64,000 bases of DNA, from IMG/VR virus record IMGVR_UViG_3300025620_000006, positions 1,175 to 65,174 of that record; one strand, 5' to 3'. The stretch's first letter is position 1. Each line of letters starts with the position of its first letter. The notes beneath the pieces are model-generated. The model searched no databases, was not told where the DNA came from, and was given only the letters and a program-made list of their open reading frames with translations. The translations under genes were made by a program, and so were the position numbers. Positions 10,450 through 19,543 of this stretch are shown here, one piece after another. Source of the DNA: a virus (Duplodnaviria; Caudoviricetes).

Positions 10450-12660
10450 TTATTCAATTATTTTTGACATTGTTCCTTTATTATTATATCTTTTAAAACC
10501 AAGATCATAAGTTTTCCTTGTAATTGTAGGTATTGGTCTATATTTATTTTTATTGCAGGCCATTATTGCTAGGCCAGAACTTATAGATGCATCATGTTTT
10601 GTTCTGTTATTTATATTAAATTTAGACCAATCGTTTAATGTTCTTTGAAAGTAAATATCTCCATATGTTCCATTTTGTTTTAAACCTACAAAATCTTCTA
10701 TATATGATTCTATAGCAGCCGCGTGAGCTTGTTTAATATCTTCTGATGAATTAGGTATTCCACCTATCTCTCTTTCTGTAATAGATAGTTTTAATTTATC
10801 CGGTCTATTCATTGCAAAACCTCTATAACCTCTTCTTTTAAAATGATACAGTAATCTAGGTTTATTATTTTCCGCTAATATAGGCATTCCATAAAAAATA
10901 CAAGCCATTAAAACATCTTCAAAAAACATTTCAGCGGTTTGAGGTCTTGCTATATATTCTAAAAAGAAATGATTTGCAGGAGCGTTCTCCATGCTAAACT
11001 TAGTTAGACCATGTAAAGATCCATTAGAACCTCTGCCATCCACTGTTCCTGATATGTCATAAGAGTCACATCCAAAAGCACCCATGTGTTCATTAGCTGG
11101 GTATTTTATACCTCTTTTAATTATAATCTTATTTTGTTGACTAACGTCTGGCACCCATGATAAATAAAATTTACCATTATTTTTAGGTGCAAAAAGAACT
11201 CGTGTATCTTTTATTCCGTTTTCCCAGTAAAAATCTCCTCTTGTTACTAGCTTTGTTTTACCAACATCACCATTGTAATCTATTTGCTCATAAATCTTAG
11301 TTAAATTAAATAACGAAGATTTAGCTTCGTCTCTGAAAGCATGTTCTTCAGTTCTTGGAAATTGTCTATAGAATTCATTTAAAGCGTCTTGATCTTGCTT
11401 TAAACCATCTACTTCATTTTGCCAATATTCTATTACTCCTTGTTTTATTTTTACTCCGTGAGGGTCTTCAATCGGTTTCTTTGGTGTGTCGAATACAGGT
11501 ACGCCATAAGAATCAATGTATCCTTCGTAGTTCCATTCCATAGGTATGAACAAAGAATAGAGTCCGCTGCGAGTCTGTCCATTGGCGTTTCTTTCTGTAA
11601 CATCTGAGTCATAGTATAATTTCTTGAAGTTATCACCTCCTTTGTCTAAAGCATTAGATGTTGAACCCATCATACACTTTCCAATAATTCTACTACCTAA
11701 TCTAAGGGTGGTTTTCGTAACGCGCCAGTTGTTGAGGATGTTGTTCGGCCTTTCCCATTTACCGGATTCATCGTGGACGAGGAGTTTGAGTTTCTCCCCA
11801 TCGTAGGCATTGTCACCCGTGTTCTTCCAATCGATAGTGGTATCGAGTCCCTCAAGATCGGCCGCGGTCTCGTTGGCGATGAGTTTCCTCCTGGTGAATT
11901 TGGACGCTGGTACTCTATAGGCAAGTTCGGTCTTGGGACGGTCCATTCCGTCCTGTATCGGTTTAAAAAAGAACGGATAATTGACCGATATTGGGACGAC
12001 CTTATCAGTGAACATTGTCTTTGCGTCGGCCCCAGATTTGGACAATATTCCGTACCGTGAATCGGAATTAATAGTTGCAAGATTAACCACCTCTCCTGAT
12101 GCCATAAAAGAAAATCCCGATCTACGGTTTTTAAGATAGCACATTCCATAACACCTGATGTCGGCTTTACAAGCTTCCCAGAATATAAAGAATAATCTGT
12201 TTGCTTCCCTAAAGTCTGGTTTCCCAACATCAATTTTGGACCACTGCAAGTACATATAGTGAGTACCAGTAAGGTAAGTAGCCACACTCTTATTATAGAA
12301 CCAAAAACCTTGCTCTCTTCTAGTAAATTCTTTATCAATGTAGTCATACCATTTTTCTTTAAAATCAACTGGGTACTCTTCCCAATCAAAAATTGTTTTG
12401 ATTTTTTTGAAAGCAACTGGTAATGTTTCTCTATTCCATTTGTTGTTTTTAAATTTAACAACATCCTTAGGAACTTCAGGTAATCCTATATATAAATTTT
12501 GTATTTTATATATTTCACCTATTCTTCCTGTTTTAGATATAATAACTATATCATGTTCTTCATTGTAACCATACTCCCACTTATTATACCTATTCATTCT
12601 TTTTAGAACTTTAGGTTTCACGTGGTCTTCAACAACAGTAAAAAGATCTTGCGTATACAT
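10450..12660 (-). CDS. terL: Terminase large subunit
   Basis: Walker A-like KNRRSGFS, Walker B LLVHDESGKW, coupling motif GSTSN, RNase H-like GCDSYD and C-terminal HDASISSGLA. Confidence 0.9.
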   Translation of the reverse strand: MYTQDLFTVVEDHVKPKVLKRMNRYNKWEYGYNEEHDIVIISKTGRIGEIYKIQNLYIGLPEVPKDVVKFKNNKWNRETLPVAFKKIKTIFDWEEYPVDFKEKWYDYIDKEFTRREQGFWFYNKSVATYLTGTHYMYLQWSKIDVGKPDFREANRLFFIFWEACKADIRCYGMCYLKNRRSGFSFMASGEVVNLATINSDSRYGILSKSGADAKTMFTDKVVPISVNYPFFFKPIQDGMDRPKTELAYRVPASKFTRRKLIANETAADLEGLDTTIDWKNTGDNAYDGEKLKLLVHDESGKWERPNNILNNWRVTKTTLRLGSRIIGKCMMGSTSNALDKGGDNFKKLYYDSDVTERNANGQTRSGLYSLFIPMEWNYEGYIDSYGVPVFDTPKKPIEDPHGVKIKQGVIEYWQNEVDGLKQDQDALNEFYRQFPRTEEHAFRDEAKSSLFNLTKIYEQIDYNGDVGKTKLVTRGDFYWENGIKDTRVLFAPKNNGKFYLSWVPDVSQQNKIIIKRGIKYPANEHMGAFGCDSYDISGTVDGRGSNGSLHGLTKFSMENAPANHFFLEYIARPQTAEMFFEDVLMACIFYGMPILAENNKPRLLYHFKRRGYRGFAMNRPDKLKLSITEREIGGIPNSSEDIKQAHAAAIESYIEDFVGLKQNGTYGDIYFQRTLNDWSKFNINNRTKHDASISSGLAIMACNKNKYRPIPTITRKTYDLGFKRYNNKGTMSKIIE
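11697..12347 (-). CDS. Candidate overprinted lipoprotein-like ORF in the +1 frame of terL
   Basis: Stop-free frame of 255 codons; from Met at 12347 a hydrophobic stretch WLLTLLVLTICTCS and a Pro/Arg/Ser/Asn-rich tail; terL is visibly more GC-rich in the overlap. Confidence 0.4.
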   Translation of the reverse strand: MTTLIKNLLEESKVFGSIIRVWLLTLLVLTICTCSGPKLMLGNQTLGKQTDYSLYSGKLVKPTSGVMECAILKTVDRDFLLWHQERWLILQLLIPIHGTEYCPNLGPTQRQCSLIRSSQYRSIIRSFLNRYRTEWTVPRPNLPIEYQRPNSPGGNSSPTRPRPILRDSIPLSIGRTRVTMPTMGRNSNSSSTMNPVNGKGRTTSSTTGALRKPPLD

Positions 12661-12935
12661 TACTTAGATCTTCCTTCTGCAAAACCTTTAAAAGCTTTTT
12701 CTTCTTTAACTTCTTTTGGTTTTTCGTTTATAATATTTTCTTCTTCTTGTATTCTTTGTAATATTTCAAAGGCATCAAATATAGCTAATTTTTTAGTAGC
12801 TGCGGCATTCTTAAGTCTATCTGCTGAGATGTCAGGGCCAAAATCTATAATGGGCTCTTTAGCGACCTTTATTAGTTCTTCAACCGCTATTTGCCCAGCT
12901 TGGATTATACTCTTCTTGGTTTTCTTTATTTCCAT
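12660..12935 (-). CDS. Putative terminase small subunit
   Basis: 91-aa helical protein whose stop overlaps the terL start; assigned from position. Confidence 0.45.
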   Translation of the reverse strand: MEIKKTKKSIIQAGQIAVEELIKVAKEPIIDFGPDISADRLKNAAATKKLAIFDAFEILQRIQEEENIINEKPKEVKEEKAFKGFAEGRSK

Positions 12936-13485
12936 ATTTAATTACAATATCATTAGATTTCATACAATATAAACGCTCGTTTTCTACATTAAAATCATAT
13001 TCCCCATAAGGAGTATAACCAACACAGTCTCCCTCGTTTATTCCTAGCGCTTCTAAGGAACTATTACCTATTTTAAGTATACCAACAAGGTGCTGTTCTT
13101 TATTTGTTGTTAATTTGTCTTTAGATTTTAAAGGTTTAACAAAACATCTATTGTTTACAGCTTTCCATTCATTGTTATTTTTACACAAGTATATTTGATC
13201 AAGAGCGCAGAAAAACAAATTATCTTTAAAATAAGATCTTGATTTTTTCTTTACACCTTGCATGCTATAAAAAGTTCTAAAAACATTATGGTGTATTAAT
13301 ACTAAATCGCCTTTTTTTATAATAGTTTCATAAGCAGCTGGAGTTTCAATAACCTCTGCTACATTATTTACAAATTTAAAACTTTCAATTTTAGTATTTA
13401 ATATAAGCTCTTTGTTACCTATTGTTTTTTTATTTTCGTAAGTATCTCCCAAAGGTTTTACTATGAAATCATACAAGCTTTTCAT
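12880..13485 (-). CDS. Tandem GroES-like domain protein
   Basis: Two repeats of the Cpn10 pattern (FIVKP...IKKGDLVLI and CFVKP...INEGDCVGY...YCMKSNDIVIK). Confidence 0.55.
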   Translation of the reverse strand: MKSLYDFIVKPLGDTYENKKTIGNKELILNTKIESFKFVNNVAEVIETPAAYETIIKKGDLVLIHHNVFRTFYSMQGVKKKSRSYFKDNLFFCALDQIYLCKNNNEWKAVNNRCFVKPLKSKDKLTTNKEQHLVGILKIGNSSLEALGINEGDCVGYTPYGEYDFNVENERLYCMKSNDIVIKYGNKENQEEYNPSWANSG

Positions 13486-13712
13486 TAATACTCTAGATCG
13501 TACTCAATGGATATAGCCATGTTAGAATTAAACTTCTTCCACGGCAATACCTCATTGTTTTTCTTTATGTGAATATTATAAGAATTATCTTTCTGGTCTT
13601 GAGTTATATAGGCAATTTCATGACCACCATAGACACTTTGTCCAACAGAGTAGTGCATAGCATCGCTTTTATAATCAGCACCTATACTGATTTTTCTTAT
13701 TACATTAGTCAT
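13485..13712 (-). CDS. Hypothetical protein
   Basis: 75-aa ORF translationally coupled to neighbours. Confidence 0.7.
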   Translation of the reverse strand: MTNVIRKISIGADYKSDAMHYSVGQSVYGGHEIAYITQDQKDNSYNIHIKKNNEVLPWKKFNSNMAISIEYDLEY

Positions 13713-13984
13713 TAGTCCTCAGCCTTAACAACAGCTGTTTCACCGTCATCTTTTTCTATTTCAGTGTATTCGCCTGTTTGTATGTTTATATTAATAGAAC
13801 CGTATTTCTCCTCAAGAGCTTGTTTATTCTCTTCTATTTTAGGAAGTAATAAATCTAACTGAGATAAAAGCGTGTGCTTTCTCACGTCGGATAACCCTAG
13901 TTGCTCTATTATTTTTTGATAATTAGCTTGTTGTTCTTGAACAACTTTTAACTCTTCTTCTGTAATTTTAAAGCTTTCTGCCAT
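13712..13984 (-). CDS. Hypothetical coiled-coil protein
   Basis: 90-aa ORF coupled in the operon. Confidence 0.7.
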   Translation of the reverse strand: MAESFKITEEELKVVQEQQANYQKIIEQLGLSDVRKHTLLSQLDLLLPKIEENKQALEEKYGSININIQTGEYTEIEKDDGETAVVKAED

Positions 13985-13989
13985 TTTAT

Positions 13990-14331
13990 TTAATTTAATT
14001 TAGTGAATTGTTGAAGCATACCATTCGCTTCTTTTGTTAATATATTATCTTCTAATCTGTACTCAGTAATAAATTTGACATTGTTAACGTTGTCTTCGTA
14101 TTCTGTTTGGACTAAACCGTTTTTTTCATACAAAAAACTTTCTTTAATATTGAATTGGTCACCTAATCTAAAGTTCCAAAATTTTAAAGATTTAATAATC
14201 TTGTCGTGATATACAACTAAAACAGTTTCTTCGTTGTTGATATCTTGCCACACTCCAGCAAATTCTTTTCTATCTTGTGAATACATTAGAATAGAACAGA
14301 ATAAACATAATGATAATATTAGTTTTTTCAT
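13990..14331 (-). CDS. Secreted/periplasmic protein with signal peptide
   Basis: MKKLILSLCLFCSILMYSQ signal peptide with Gln at the likely +1 position (Bacteroidota-type); FAGVW lipocalin-like start. Confidence 0.65.
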   Translation of the reverse strand: MKKLILSLCLFCSILMYSQDRKEFAGVWQDINNEETVLVVYHDKIIKSLKFWNFRLGDQFNIKESFLYEKNGLVQTEYEDNVNNVKFITEYRLEDNILTKEANGMLQQFTKLN

Positions 14332-14367
14332 TTTATTAGATTTTATTTAATTTAATTAATACTCTTA

Positions 14368-14769
14368 CTATTTATTATTACTTATAGATTTGAATTTTTC
14401 CACGCCTCGTGATCCAAAATAAGCTATATAAACAGTTGTAAGTAACTGCTTTAATAATCCAATCCACTCTTGTTCTACAGTAAAAGATATTTCATGATGA
14501 CTATCAACCCATATAAAAGCTATAGCCATAATAGATAAAAATATTAAAGCCATAGGTCGTGTGTTTTTAGAAAGCCATGAATCTGATTTCATATCGCTTT
14601 CCCAACGCCTCGTTATTTGACTCTCTGCTTCTGCATTAGCTTTATCCATTATTTCTTGGATTTGCTTTTTAATTAGCAGCTTTTCCTCTTTTGTGGTTGT
14701 AAGCTTATCAATGACGTCACCAACTTCTTTGATGACGCCACCTGTAAGCCATTGAATTATTTTTTTCAA
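14368..14769 (-). CDS. Holin (3TM/GTA-holin-like)
   Basis: RWESDMKSDSWLSKNTRP and YFGSRGVEK motifs with two hydrophobic helices; TTG start. Confidence 0.7.
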   Translation of the reverse strand: MKKIIQWLTGGVIKEVGDVIDKLTTTKEEKLLIKKQIQEIMDKANAEAESQITRRWESDMKSDSWLSKNTRPMALIFLSIMAIAFIWVDSHHEISFTVEQEWIGLLKQLLTTVYIAYFGSRGVEKFKSISNNK

Positions 14770-14775
14770 AATTTA

Positions 14776-15726
14776 TTATTCTTTCTTTTGCCCTTCTCTG
14801 TACATGGAAATCGCTTCATCTCTTCCAAAAAGACCGCTGTTAATTCTTGTTAGTGCAGCTGCTCGACCACCCGCTTTGCCAGCATAACTCTGTCCTTGTG
14901 GAGTATTTTGTCTAAATCTAGGCAATCTATCTAACGCTTTATTAGCAGCAGTAATAGAATCATTAGTAGCTGTAATATTTGCCTCTTCTCTATCAAAATT
15001 AAATCGCTGGTTTCTATTTTCTGCCTGAATATTACCCTGCAGCACCGTTTCAGCCATTGATTTTGGCGATGTAATGATTTCCTCATTATTTGTACTACTA
15101 CCAGAATTAGTTGTATTAGATGAACTACTAGACGATGTTGCGTTTGCAGTATTAGCTGCGGCTGCGGCTGCGTCTTTCTTTTTCAACTCTGCGACTCTAG
15201 CATTAGCGGCTGCTGTTTGTTCTGGTGTTGGTTTAAAATCAGACCCTAAATCTACTAAACCTGCTTGGTAATTTTTCAGATTATCTGTTGATTGCGTAGA
15301 GCTAGAACTTCCACCTCCAGTAGTGTTTGAACTAGAAGAAGAACTTCCACCACCACTAGTTGTTCTAGACTTTATCGTTTTTGTAGGATGAGTATGACCT
15401 TCTGGTCCACCATGTCCTGTATCTGCCGCTCCGTGTTTCATGTATTTAGAAGCTCCAAAGCTCATTATGTTAGCTACTTTAGCAGCTCCTTTTGCATAAC
15501 CATTCATTCTTGCAGCTCCAAAAGATTGAGAGTAACCCATTTTTGCAGCACCGTGACCACCTTTTGAGTCGTGACCGTGAGAACCTTTAGACGTGTCATA
15601 ATCATGAGCACCTTTATATTTAGCAGCGCCTTCTTTTGCTTGGTTTTTTTCTAACTGCTTTCCTGCAGCTGATGAATCTTTAGCTGTTACGCTACCGCCA
15701 TCTTGATTTGTTTTCATTTTATCCAT
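14776..15726 (-). CDS. Low-complexity late protein with six GAA(K/R/D)/GASK motifs
   Basis: 316 aa; Ser/Gly/Ala-rich. Confidence 0.65.
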   Translation of the reverse strand: MDKMKTNQDGGSVTAKDSSAAGKQLEKNQAKEGAAKYKGAHDYDTSKGSHGHDSKGGHGAAKMGYSQSFGAARMNGYAKGAAKVANIMSFGASKYMKHGAADTGHGGPEGHTHPTKTIKSRTTSGGGSSSSSSNTTGGGSSSSTQSTDNLKNYQAGLVDLGSDFKPTPEQTAAANARVAELKKKDAAAAAANTANATSSSSSSNTTNSGSSTNNEEIITSPKSMAETVLQGNIQAENRNQRFNFDREEANITATNDSITAANKALDRLPRFRQNTPQGQSYAGKAGGRAAALTRINSGLFGRDEAISMYREGQKKE

Positions 15727-16105
15727 TACGTTTATTTATTTGTTTTTGCATTAATTTTTTCTCTGCTAATTGAGCATCTTTTTCCCAAGGACCTTTACCG
15801 GCTTGCATTACTGAGTAATCATATTCTTTTCCTTTAAACATTACTTTACCAGCTCCTTCAGAATCTACCTCATAATCTAATCCACTACCTGGATTTTTTA
15901 TTTCACTTTTATATTGATCAACGTGAACTTGTTCATGAGCTAATGTTTTCTGCATTTCTACTGGATCATCTAGTAAATTTTCATTTAAAATAATAACTCC
16001 ATTTTTAGGTGTTCGCGCATAAACAGGATCATCACCCATATCTCTTTCAAATACAGAAGTGTTAATTTTATTTAAATCGAACGGAGGGTTTATTTTAAAT
16101 GCCAT
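15719..16105 (-). CDS. Zincin-like metallopeptidase (HExxH)
   Basis: LAHEQVHVDQ motif and downstream PWEKDA; likely start MAFKINPPF at 16105. Confidence 0.65.
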   Translation of the reverse strand: MAFKINPPFDLNKINTSVFERDMGDDPVYARTPKNGVIILNENLLDDPVEMQKTLAHEQVHVDQYKSEIKNPGSGLDYEVDSEGAGKVMFKGKEYDYSVMQAGKGPWEKDAQLAEKKLMQKQINKRNG

Positions 16106-16256
16106 TGTTATAAGGAAATTTTTTATTAAACCATGATTGTCTTTTATCACAACCACAAGGTATGTTAAGACCGTCTGATATTTTATCTACAACGGTCTTA
16201 ATACCTGTTTTGTTTGTGAATTTAGCAATGCTATCGCCTAATCCCTTGGATTCCAT
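16095..16256 (-). CDS. Small CGC-motif protein (53 aa, not in ORF track)
   Basis: MESKGLGDSIAKFTNKTGIKTVVDKISDGLNIPCGCDKRQSWFNKKFPYNNGI fills the gap between neighbours. Confidence 0.7.
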   Translation of the reverse strand: MESKGLGDSIAKFTNKTGIKTVVDKISDGLNIPCGCDKRQSWFNKKFPYNNGI

Positions 16257-16688
16257 TTATGCTATTACTTCAGTTGCAATTGCAAAGTCAGAAAAATACA
16301 TTTGAACCGGGGTTGCTGCTTCATCAAGTCCTAATTGAACTGTTGATTGTACACCTCCTGGATTAGCAGTTAATGCAGCATATACAGCTTTTTGTGGTGA
16401 CTTAGATCCGTTTATAATTGCTGGAACACCTGCAGCACCATCCTTAGTTGTTGTTACAGTAATGTTTATTACTCTTTGGCTTAGAGTTGTAACTGGTACA
16501 GTTGCAGAACCATCATTAGCGATAGCGTATCCTGCTTGGCTACTTACAGCGCCTTTTAATACAAGTGATAACACTCCTGTTCCTACAACGTATGATACGC
16601 TTTGGATTTGATCTACGTTGACTAATTCAGTTCCTTGTGTTGCAAGTGCTGACGAGTCAACAATGTTGAATTTTAAAAATTTTGACAT
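16257..16688 (-). CDS. Hypothetical beta-rich virion protein
   Basis: 143-aa ORF in the late operon. Confidence 0.65.
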   Translation of the reverse strand: MSKFLKFNIVDSSALATQGTELVNVDQIQSVSYVVGTGVLSLVLKGAVSSQAGYAIANDGSATVPVTTLSQRVINITVTTTKDGAAGVPAIINGSKSPQKAVYAALTANPGGVQSTVQLGLDEAATPVQMYFSDFAIATEVIA

Positions 16689-16754
16689 TTGTTTTTGTTT
16701 TGTGGCTGTTAAGCCTGGTTTGGTTGTTTTTTTTGATTTATCAGTTTACTCTGT

Positions 16755-17105
16755 TTATTTATTCTTCGGTAAGGATTTTATTTTACCATTATGTGTTCTA
16801 GCATATCTATGTGTAGATGTTTCTTTGCTAGGTATTAATTCACCTGAGTATGTAGCATCTCCATATTTCCAACTAACTGTCTTAGCAGCTCCATGATGTT
16901 CAGCGCCAGTAGAATTATGACCATCGTAATTGTAACTACCATGAGCATCGTCAAACAAAGCTTCAGCATGTCCTTTGTGGCCTTCAGCCATTTCTTTTCT
17001 ACCTCTTGCTACATCTTCTTCTTCCCATGAATTAACCATGTGATGTTTTGAGTGTTTAGCGTTTCCGCTGTAATGACCGTAATGTCCTTTATAATTGTAT
17101 CCCAT
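16755..17105 (-). CDS. His/Gly-rich small protein with GAAK motif
   Basis: 116-aa ORF. Confidence 0.65.
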   Translation of the reverse strand: MGYNYKGHYGHYSGNAKHSKHHMVNSWEEEDVARGRKEMAEGHKGHAEALFDDAHGSYNYDGHNSTGAEHHGAAKTVSWKYGDATYSGELIPSKETSTHRYARTHNGKIKSLPKNK

Positions 17106-17107
17106 AA

Positions 17108-17311
17108 TTATGAATTTGCGTGATATGCGGAAAGCATTTTCTTAGCTTCTTCAGCTGAAGAAAAACCTGATTTCCAAACACCACCTTTTTTGTTATTTAA
17201 AATAACGTATTTATCGCCACGCTTTACAACGCACCCGCTTCCACCTTCTGACTCTGCGCAACCTTTACCGGCCTTAGCAGCACCTAATCTGTTCATTAGA
17301 ATATTTGCCAT
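17108..17311 (-). CDS. Small protein with GAAK motif
   Basis: 67-aa ORF tightly packed in the operon. Confidence 0.65.
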   Translation of the reverse strand: MANILMNRLGAAKAGKGCAESEGGSGCVVKRGDKYVILNNKKGGVWKSGFSSAEEAKKMLSAYHANS

Positions 17312-17313
17312 AA

Positions 17314-17796
17314 CTATATGTTTTGTAAAGCTACTATATCAGTTAAAACAGTTGATCCAGTTGATAACACTTTAACCACCAGTAGATCTATTACTTTTCC
17401 AGCAGCCACATTATTTAAAGTAACTTGATTACCAGAAACATCTTCAACAACAACATTACCTGTTGTTCCAAAATACAAAGAATAACCGTCGCTAATATTA
17501 GCAGCGTTACTTTTATATATTTCATATGTAGCAGCTTGAGTGGGACTGCCACTTAACGTTATTGTATTTGCATCGTCCACACTTACCACGGTAAATATTT
17601 CGCCATTAGTGTATACTACGTCTCCTCCAGATATAACATATCCCAGAGGGTTAGTTACTGCTGGTAAAAAATCACTACCAGCATCAATTAATTGATTTGT
17701 AGCCCCTGTGTTTGTACCACTAGCTATAACCCCAGGTTGAGGTATATTAATAGTGTCGCTGAGGATAACACTTACCGATGAATTGTATGTACTCAT
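17314..17796 (-). CDS. Putative structural protein
   Basis: 160 aa, beta-rich; LYFGTTGNVVV...VVKVLSTG pattern. Confidence 0.6.
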   Translation of the reverse strand: MSTYNSSVSVILSDTINIPQPGVIASGTNTGATNQLIDAGSDFLPAVTNPLGYVISGGDVVYTNGEIFTVVSVDDANTITLSGSPTQAATYEIYKSNAANISDGYSLYFGTTGNVVVEDVSGNQVTLNNVAAGKVIDLLVVKVLSTGSTVLTDIVALQNI

Positions 17797-17808
17797 TTTT
17801 TTTGTTTT

Positions 17809-18036
17809 TTATAATTCTCCAACTCTGCCTTGTGCGCAAAGAACTGGATTGATTCCTTTATATTTAACAGGAGCTTTAAGTATTTGCATACCTGTTATTC
17901 CATTACTAGCTCCTTGACCATGAACTCTGCCTTCTTGATTTAAAGGCCCGTCCCATATATGAGATTCACCTACTACACCAACTTTTGTTCCTGGTTTTAA
18001 TTTTTCCATTGCTGGATCGTATTTTTTGTGGTCCAT
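17809..18036 (-). CDS. Hypothetical protein
   Basis: 75-aa ORF in the operon. Confidence 0.65.
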   Translation of the reverse strand: MDHKKYDPAMEKLKPGTKVGVVGESHIWDGPLNQEGRVHGQGASNGITGMQILKAPVKYKGINPVLCAQGRVGEL

Positions 18037-18038
18037 AA

Positions 18039-18839
18039 TTATTTTTTTCTTGATTTATCGTGATTATATCCTTTTTTCTTTAAAGCTAAGTGTTCTTTTT
18101 CTGTTTCAGCTGTTTCAACTTTTCCGTCTTTGCTATACATTTTGTGTACCTCAAAGCTATTATTTTTTATTTTTTTTGCTGCTCCGGCGAACAATCCTCC
18201 GTAAGATTGACCAAACATATTTCCAGCGTTTGTTATAGCGCTGTTTTTAAAACCTATAGCATTTGTCATAGGTTGCAACTCTTGTCCTAAAGGGTTTCTT
18301 AATTTAGATTCAGAAGTTTCTTGCTCACTAGGATTATCTGTATAAGATTGCTGTGCGTCTGATACTAGTTGGTTTTGAGTTGCGTTAACACCATTCCTAA
18401 CGTTACCGTATTGAGACGTCATATTACCAATACCTAATCTTCTTCCATAACCTCCACCATACTGAGACACTTGATCTTTACTGTATTCCTCTGGAGACAT
18501 ACCTGCTTCTTCTGATTTAAATCTTAATCTAGCCGCGTCTCTCGCTTCTTTAGCAGAATTGAAGGTGTCTCTTAAACCAGCCGACTGAGAGTTTGCTCTT
18601 CCACCTGGCCCTTGATTATCCATCATTGCAGAATAAGCATCACTATAAGCTGAATTAGCATCAGATAAGTAACTTGGGTCAGTTGATTCTGGTTCTGCAG
18701 CTCCAGCAGCCTGTTGATTGTTAGATCCTAAAGCTTGACCGGCAGCTGCAATTATTCCTCCAGACCTACTTCCTGTAAGTTGAGTAAATCTAGGTGATAA
18801 ACTTCCTGATGCTGCTGCTGCTGCTGTTATTGTACTCAT
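18039..18839 (-). CDS. Low-complexity late protein with GAAK motif before a basic C-terminal module
   Basis: 266-aa ORF. Confidence 0.65.
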   Translation of the reverse strand: MSTITAAAAASGSLSPRFTQLTGSRSGGIIAAAGQALGSNNQQAAGAAEPESTDPSYLSDANSAYSDAYSAMMDNQGPGGRANSQSAGLRDTFNSAKEARDAARLRFKSEEAGMSPEEYSKDQVSQYGGGYGRRLGIGNMTSQYGNVRNGVNATQNQLVSDAQQSYTDNPSEQETSESKLRNPLGQELQPMTNAIGFKNSAITNAGNMFGQSYGGLFAGAAKKIKNNSFEVHKMYSKDGKVETAETEKEHLALKKKGYNHDKSRKK

Positions 18840-19286
18840 TTATCTGTTTTTATCTTTATTAACATTATATATAGATTTAGTTAAAACTTTATCTATATAT
18901 GAATTTCCTTTTATAATCTTGTTTCGCCTTTTACTAATAGGTATATCATCTTCACCTAGCATTATGCGATATATTCTTTTAATAAGTTGTTTGCCTTTAA
19001 AAGAAACTTTGTATATGTTGTACTTTTGAGTTGTTCTATTTCTCTGTCTCCAAACAGAAATCCATTCGCCTTTTATTAATCTACTCCATCTTCTATTATC
19101 CCAACTGTAAGAGTAAGAACCTGCTTCAAAATCTTTTTTTGTAAACAAGTCTATACAATCTAAATATATCAATAGTTCTAAATCTGCTTCATTTAGATCG
19201 TTGTTTTTGGAAGCCCATTTACGTATTATTCGATAATGTTTTAGCAGATTAAGATTTTTTAAATCTCCTGCTTCTAGCTTTTTCAC
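18840..19286 (-). CDS. Putative winged-helix DNA-binding protein
   Basis: 148 aa, basic; LNEADLELLIYL...RLIKGEWI...YKVSFKGKQLI resembles a MarR-like wHTH. Confidence 0.45.
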   Translation of the reverse strand: MKKLEAGDLKNLNLLKHYRIIRKWASKNNDLNEADLELLIYLDCIDLFTKKDFEAGSYSYSWDNRRWSRLIKGEWISVWRQRNRTTQKYNIYKVSFKGKQLIKRIYRIMLGEDDIPISKRRNKIIKGNSYIDKVLTKSIYNVNKDKNR

Positions 19287-19543
19287 AAAACAACGACCAC
19301 GTCTGTTGACTTAATAACGTGATATATTTTTTTATTATTCTGTATCTTATGACCAGCATGCTTATCATAAAATATAATATCTTCTTTTTTAACCCCTTCA
19401 ACATCATTACCTAGGCTTATAATTTTAGCCTTTAAGTATCTAATGTCATCTCGGTGTATTTCTGCTAAAAGTAATCCACCATCAGTTTCCTGAATTTGAT
19501 CTTCTAGCTTTTCTATAATTAAATTTCTACCTAGTGCTTTCAT
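19283..19543 (-). CDS. groES: Co-chaperonin GroES
   Basis: MKALGRNLII, ETDGGLLL mobile loop, GNDVEGVKKED; adjacent to groEL. Confidence 0.85.
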   Translation of the reverse strand: MKALGRNLIIEKLEDQIQETDGGLLLAEIHRDDIRYLKAKIISLGNDVEGVKKEDIIFYDKHAGHKIQNNKKIYHVIKSTDVVVVL

